The position numbers and the translations under genes were made by a program. A stretch of 32,000 nt of DNA from Methylorubrum extorquens (GTDB lineage: Bacteria > Pseudomonadota > Alphaproteobacteria > Rhizobiales > Beijerinckiaceae): positions 1,020,001-1,052,000 of the forward strand of contig LT962688.1 of NCBI GenBank assembly GCA_900234795.1, read 5' to 3'. The notes beneath the pieces are model-generated. The model saw only the letters and a program-made list of their open reading frames with translations, ran no database searches and was not told the origin of the DNA. Below are positions 29,897 through 32,000 of the stretch, in pieces (positions within the stretch are counted from its first letter, which is position 1; each line of letters starts with the position of its first letter).

Positions 29897-30087
29897 GGGG
29901 GACGCGGGCGCGGTTCGAGGCCGCGGGCTCGCGCGGCTCACGGGGCGGAGACGATCTGCTATAAAGCCGCGCTGATGCCAGCCGGCCCGCTCCGGCCCAA
30001 CCGGCTTCTCCCCTTCGCGGTCGCGGGCTTGCCCGGGGCTTAGCGTCCTTGCGGGGAAGGGCACCGGGCCGCTCGGAAAACAGATCG

Positions 30088-32000
30088 ATGCTTCGTCTCC
30101 TCCTCGCCCTCCTCCTGACGCTTGCCGCCGGCCTTGCCGCCCCCGGCCTTGCCGGCGCGCAGGGAGCGATGACGGCGGTGAAGGCCAAGGATCTCGTGCG
30201 CGCGCGCCTCGTCGCCGAGAGCGAAGCGCTGGTGCCCGGCCGCACGGTGACGCTCGGCCTGCACATGGCGATGAAGCCGGGCTGGCACGTGTACTGGCGC
30301 AATCCCGGCGATTCCGGGCTGCCGCCGGAGATGGCGTGGCGTCTGCCCAAGGGCTTCACGGTCGGCCCGGTGCAGTGGCCGGTCCCGGAGCGCATCCCGG
30401 TCCAGACCCTGATGAATTTCGGCTACGAGGGCGCCGTCACCCTGCTCGTGCCGCTTGCCGTGCCCGAGAGCGCCCGAGCCGGCGAGACGGTGCGGCTCTC
30501 CGGTACGCTCTCCTACCTCGTCTGCGAGGAGATCTGCATTCCGGGTTCGGCCGAACTGAGCATCGATCTGCCCGTAGCGGCCTCCGCGGAGCCGGATTCG
30601 GGGCAGGCGGCCCTGTTCGCCCGCGCCCGCGCCGCGCTTCCGGAAGCCGCACCAGGTCCCGTCCGCACCAGCCGCGCGGGCGACCGGCTCGTGCTGCATC
30701 TCGACCGGCCGGGCCTCGCGGGTGTGACCGGAGCCGCCTTCTTCCCCTATGCCGAGGGCGCGCTCGACAACGCCGCGCCGCAGGATCTCGCCGTCGATGC
30801 CGCTGGCCTGCGCCTCACCCTGACGCCGGGCGATGCGGGGCAGCCGCCCGAGGCGCTCGCCGGCGTGCTCGCCCTCACCGAGGACGGCACGCGCAAGGCC
30901 TACGCGCTGGGCCCGGAACCCGCCCCCGCGCCGACGGCGGCCGCGGCCGTTCCCGCCGCGCCCGAGACGCCACCCGCCCCGGCGGAAGAGGAGACCCTGA
31001 CGCTGTGGAGCGCCGCAGGGCTGGCGCTGCTGGGCGGGCTCCTGCTCAACCTGATGCCCTGCGTCTTCCCGGTCCTCTCGATCAAGGTGCTGAGCCTCGT
31101 GCGGCAGGCGGGCGAATCCGCCACCCGCGTGCGGCTGCACGGGCTCGCCTACACGGCGGGCGTGCTCGCGAGCTTCCTCGGGTTGGCCGGGCTGCTGATC
31201 GCGCTGAAGGCGGGCGGCGCCGGGATCGGCTGGGGCTTCCAGCTCCAGTCGCCGGTGGTGGTGGCGCTGCTGGCCTACGGGTTGTTCGCCATGGGCCTGA
31301 GCCTGTCGGGCGCGGTGCATCTCGGCGGCGGCATCGTCGGGCTCGGCGACGGGCTGACCCGGCGGGCGGGCTACCAGGGCTCGTTCTTCACCGGCGTGCT
31401 GGCGACGCTGGTCGCGACGCCCTGCACCGCGCCGTTCATGGGCGCGGCGGTGGGCTTCGCGCTGACGCAGTCGCCGCTCGCCGCACTCACCGTGTTCGCG
31501 AGCCTCGGCCTCGGGCTCGCCCTGCCGTTCCTAGGTCTGACGCTGGTCCCGCAGGCCCTGCGCCTGCTGCCGCGGCCTGGCGCCTGGATGGACGTGCTGA
31601 AGGGCGCGCTCGCCTTTCCCGTCTACGCCACGGTGGCGTGGCTCGTTTGGGTGCTGGCGCAGCAGGTCGGACCCAACGGGCTACTCGCGGGGCTCACCGG
31701 CCTCGTGCTCGTGGCGCTCGCCGCCTGGGCCTGGGAACGGGCGCGCGGGGCGGGCCGGCTCGGCACCGGCTTCGGCCGGGTGGCGGCCCTCGCGGCGCTC
31801 GCGGCGGCGCTCGGCCTCGTCGGCGTCCTCGACGGCGACCGGGCCACCGCGCGCACCGCGCTGGCACAGGGCGAGGAGGCCTTCACGCAGGCCCGTCTCG
31901 ACGCACTGAGGGCGGAGGGGCGCACGGTGTTCGTGGACATGACGGCGGCGTGGTGCATCACCTGCCAGGTCAACGAGCGGACCGTCATTGCCCGCGAGGG
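30088..32000 (+). CDS. DsbD/ScsB-type thiol:disulfide reductase (N-terminal domain, DsbD transmembrane core, C-terminal thioredoxin). Its 3' end lies beyond the window.
   Basis: This ORF is open-ended and not in the track. It has a signal peptide, YLVCEEICIP, the TM cysteines NLMPCVFPVLS and ATPCTAPFMG, and the thioredoxin motif AAWCITCQ at 31951-31968. Confidence 0.8.
   Translation, partial: MLRLLLALLLTLAAGLAAPGLAGAQGAMTAVKAKDLVRARLVAESEALVPGRTVTLGLHMAMKPGWHVYWRNPGDSGLPPEMAWRLPKGFTVGPVQWPVPERIPVQTLMNFGYEGAVTLLVPLAVPESARAGETVRLSGTLSYLVCEEICIPGSAELSIDLPVAASAEPDSGQAALFARARAALPEAAPGPVRTSRAGDRLVLHLDRPGLAGVTGAAFFPYAEGALDNAAPQDLAVDAAGLRLTLTPGDAGQPPEALAGVLALTEDGTRKAYALGPEPAPAPTAAAAVPAAPETPPAPAEEETLTLWSAAGLALLGGLLLNLMPCVFPVLSIKVLSLVRQAGESATRVRLHGLAYTAGVLASFLGLAGLLIALKAGGAGIGWGFQLQSPVVVALLAYGLFAMGLSLSGAVHLGGGIVGLGDGLTRRAGYQGSFFTGVLATLVATPCTAPFMGAAVGFALTQSPLAALTVFASLGLGLALPFLGLTLVPQALRLLPRPGAWMDVLKGALAFPVYATVAWLVWVLAQQVGPNGLLAGLTGLVLVALAAWAWERARGAGRLGTGFGRVAALAALAAALGLVGVLDGDRATARTALAQGEEAFTQARLDALRAEGRTVFVDMTAAWCITCQVNERTVIARE

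Overview
This window is a roughly 70% GC chromosomal segment. It looks like core genome of an alphaproteobacterium, probably Hyphomicrobiales and Methylobacterium-like. That placement is inferred from composition, very high third-codon-position GC (GC3), and a TIGR02301-type gene that I recall as restricted to alphaproteobacteria.

I can support about 32 protein genes, in this order:
- a partial CDS at the left edge, sodC, dxs, xseB
- a Cys-phosphatase-like protein, an HD hydrolase, tag, ygfZ, pyrC
- a split multidomain secreted protein and a small acidic protein
- a minus-strand chain of SDR, secreted protein, NUDIX and TIGR02301
- an orphan receiver protein, pdxH, a surface lipoprotein, a cbpA-like J-protein, fabI
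- a MOSC protein, an ABC/SMC-like ATPase, PPK2, a histidine phosphatase
- an untracked 44-aa membrane ORF, xerC, gloA, a small periplasmic protein, a membrane protein
- hrpB, a His-rich secreted protein, mutS, and a partial DsbD/ScsB-type reductase

I found no rRNA, tRNA, CRISPR array or recognisable IS or transposon.

The strongest signal read directly from the sequence is a set of reading-frame jumps located exactly at homopolymer runs. There are six clear junctions in five loci (the split secreted protein, TIGR02301 twice, MOSC, the membrane protein, hrpB), plus one tentative junction in the ATPase. This points to assembly indel errors or genuine homopolymer instability. In either case the supplied ORF track is misleading at these loci.

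Other leads:
- a tightly coupled ABC-type ATPase plus MOSC gene pair joined at a T6 tract
- a three-domain secreted protein whose last domain is about 54% GC
- a strongly coding 44-aa membrane ORF with an AAGGAG ribosome-binding site
- a His-rich periplasmic protein behind an AT-rich palindrome
- a 12-bp tandem repeat at the NUDIX 3' end
- a structured, lower-GC 340-bp intergenic region

The many long antisense ORFs in the track are high-GC shadows of the real genes.
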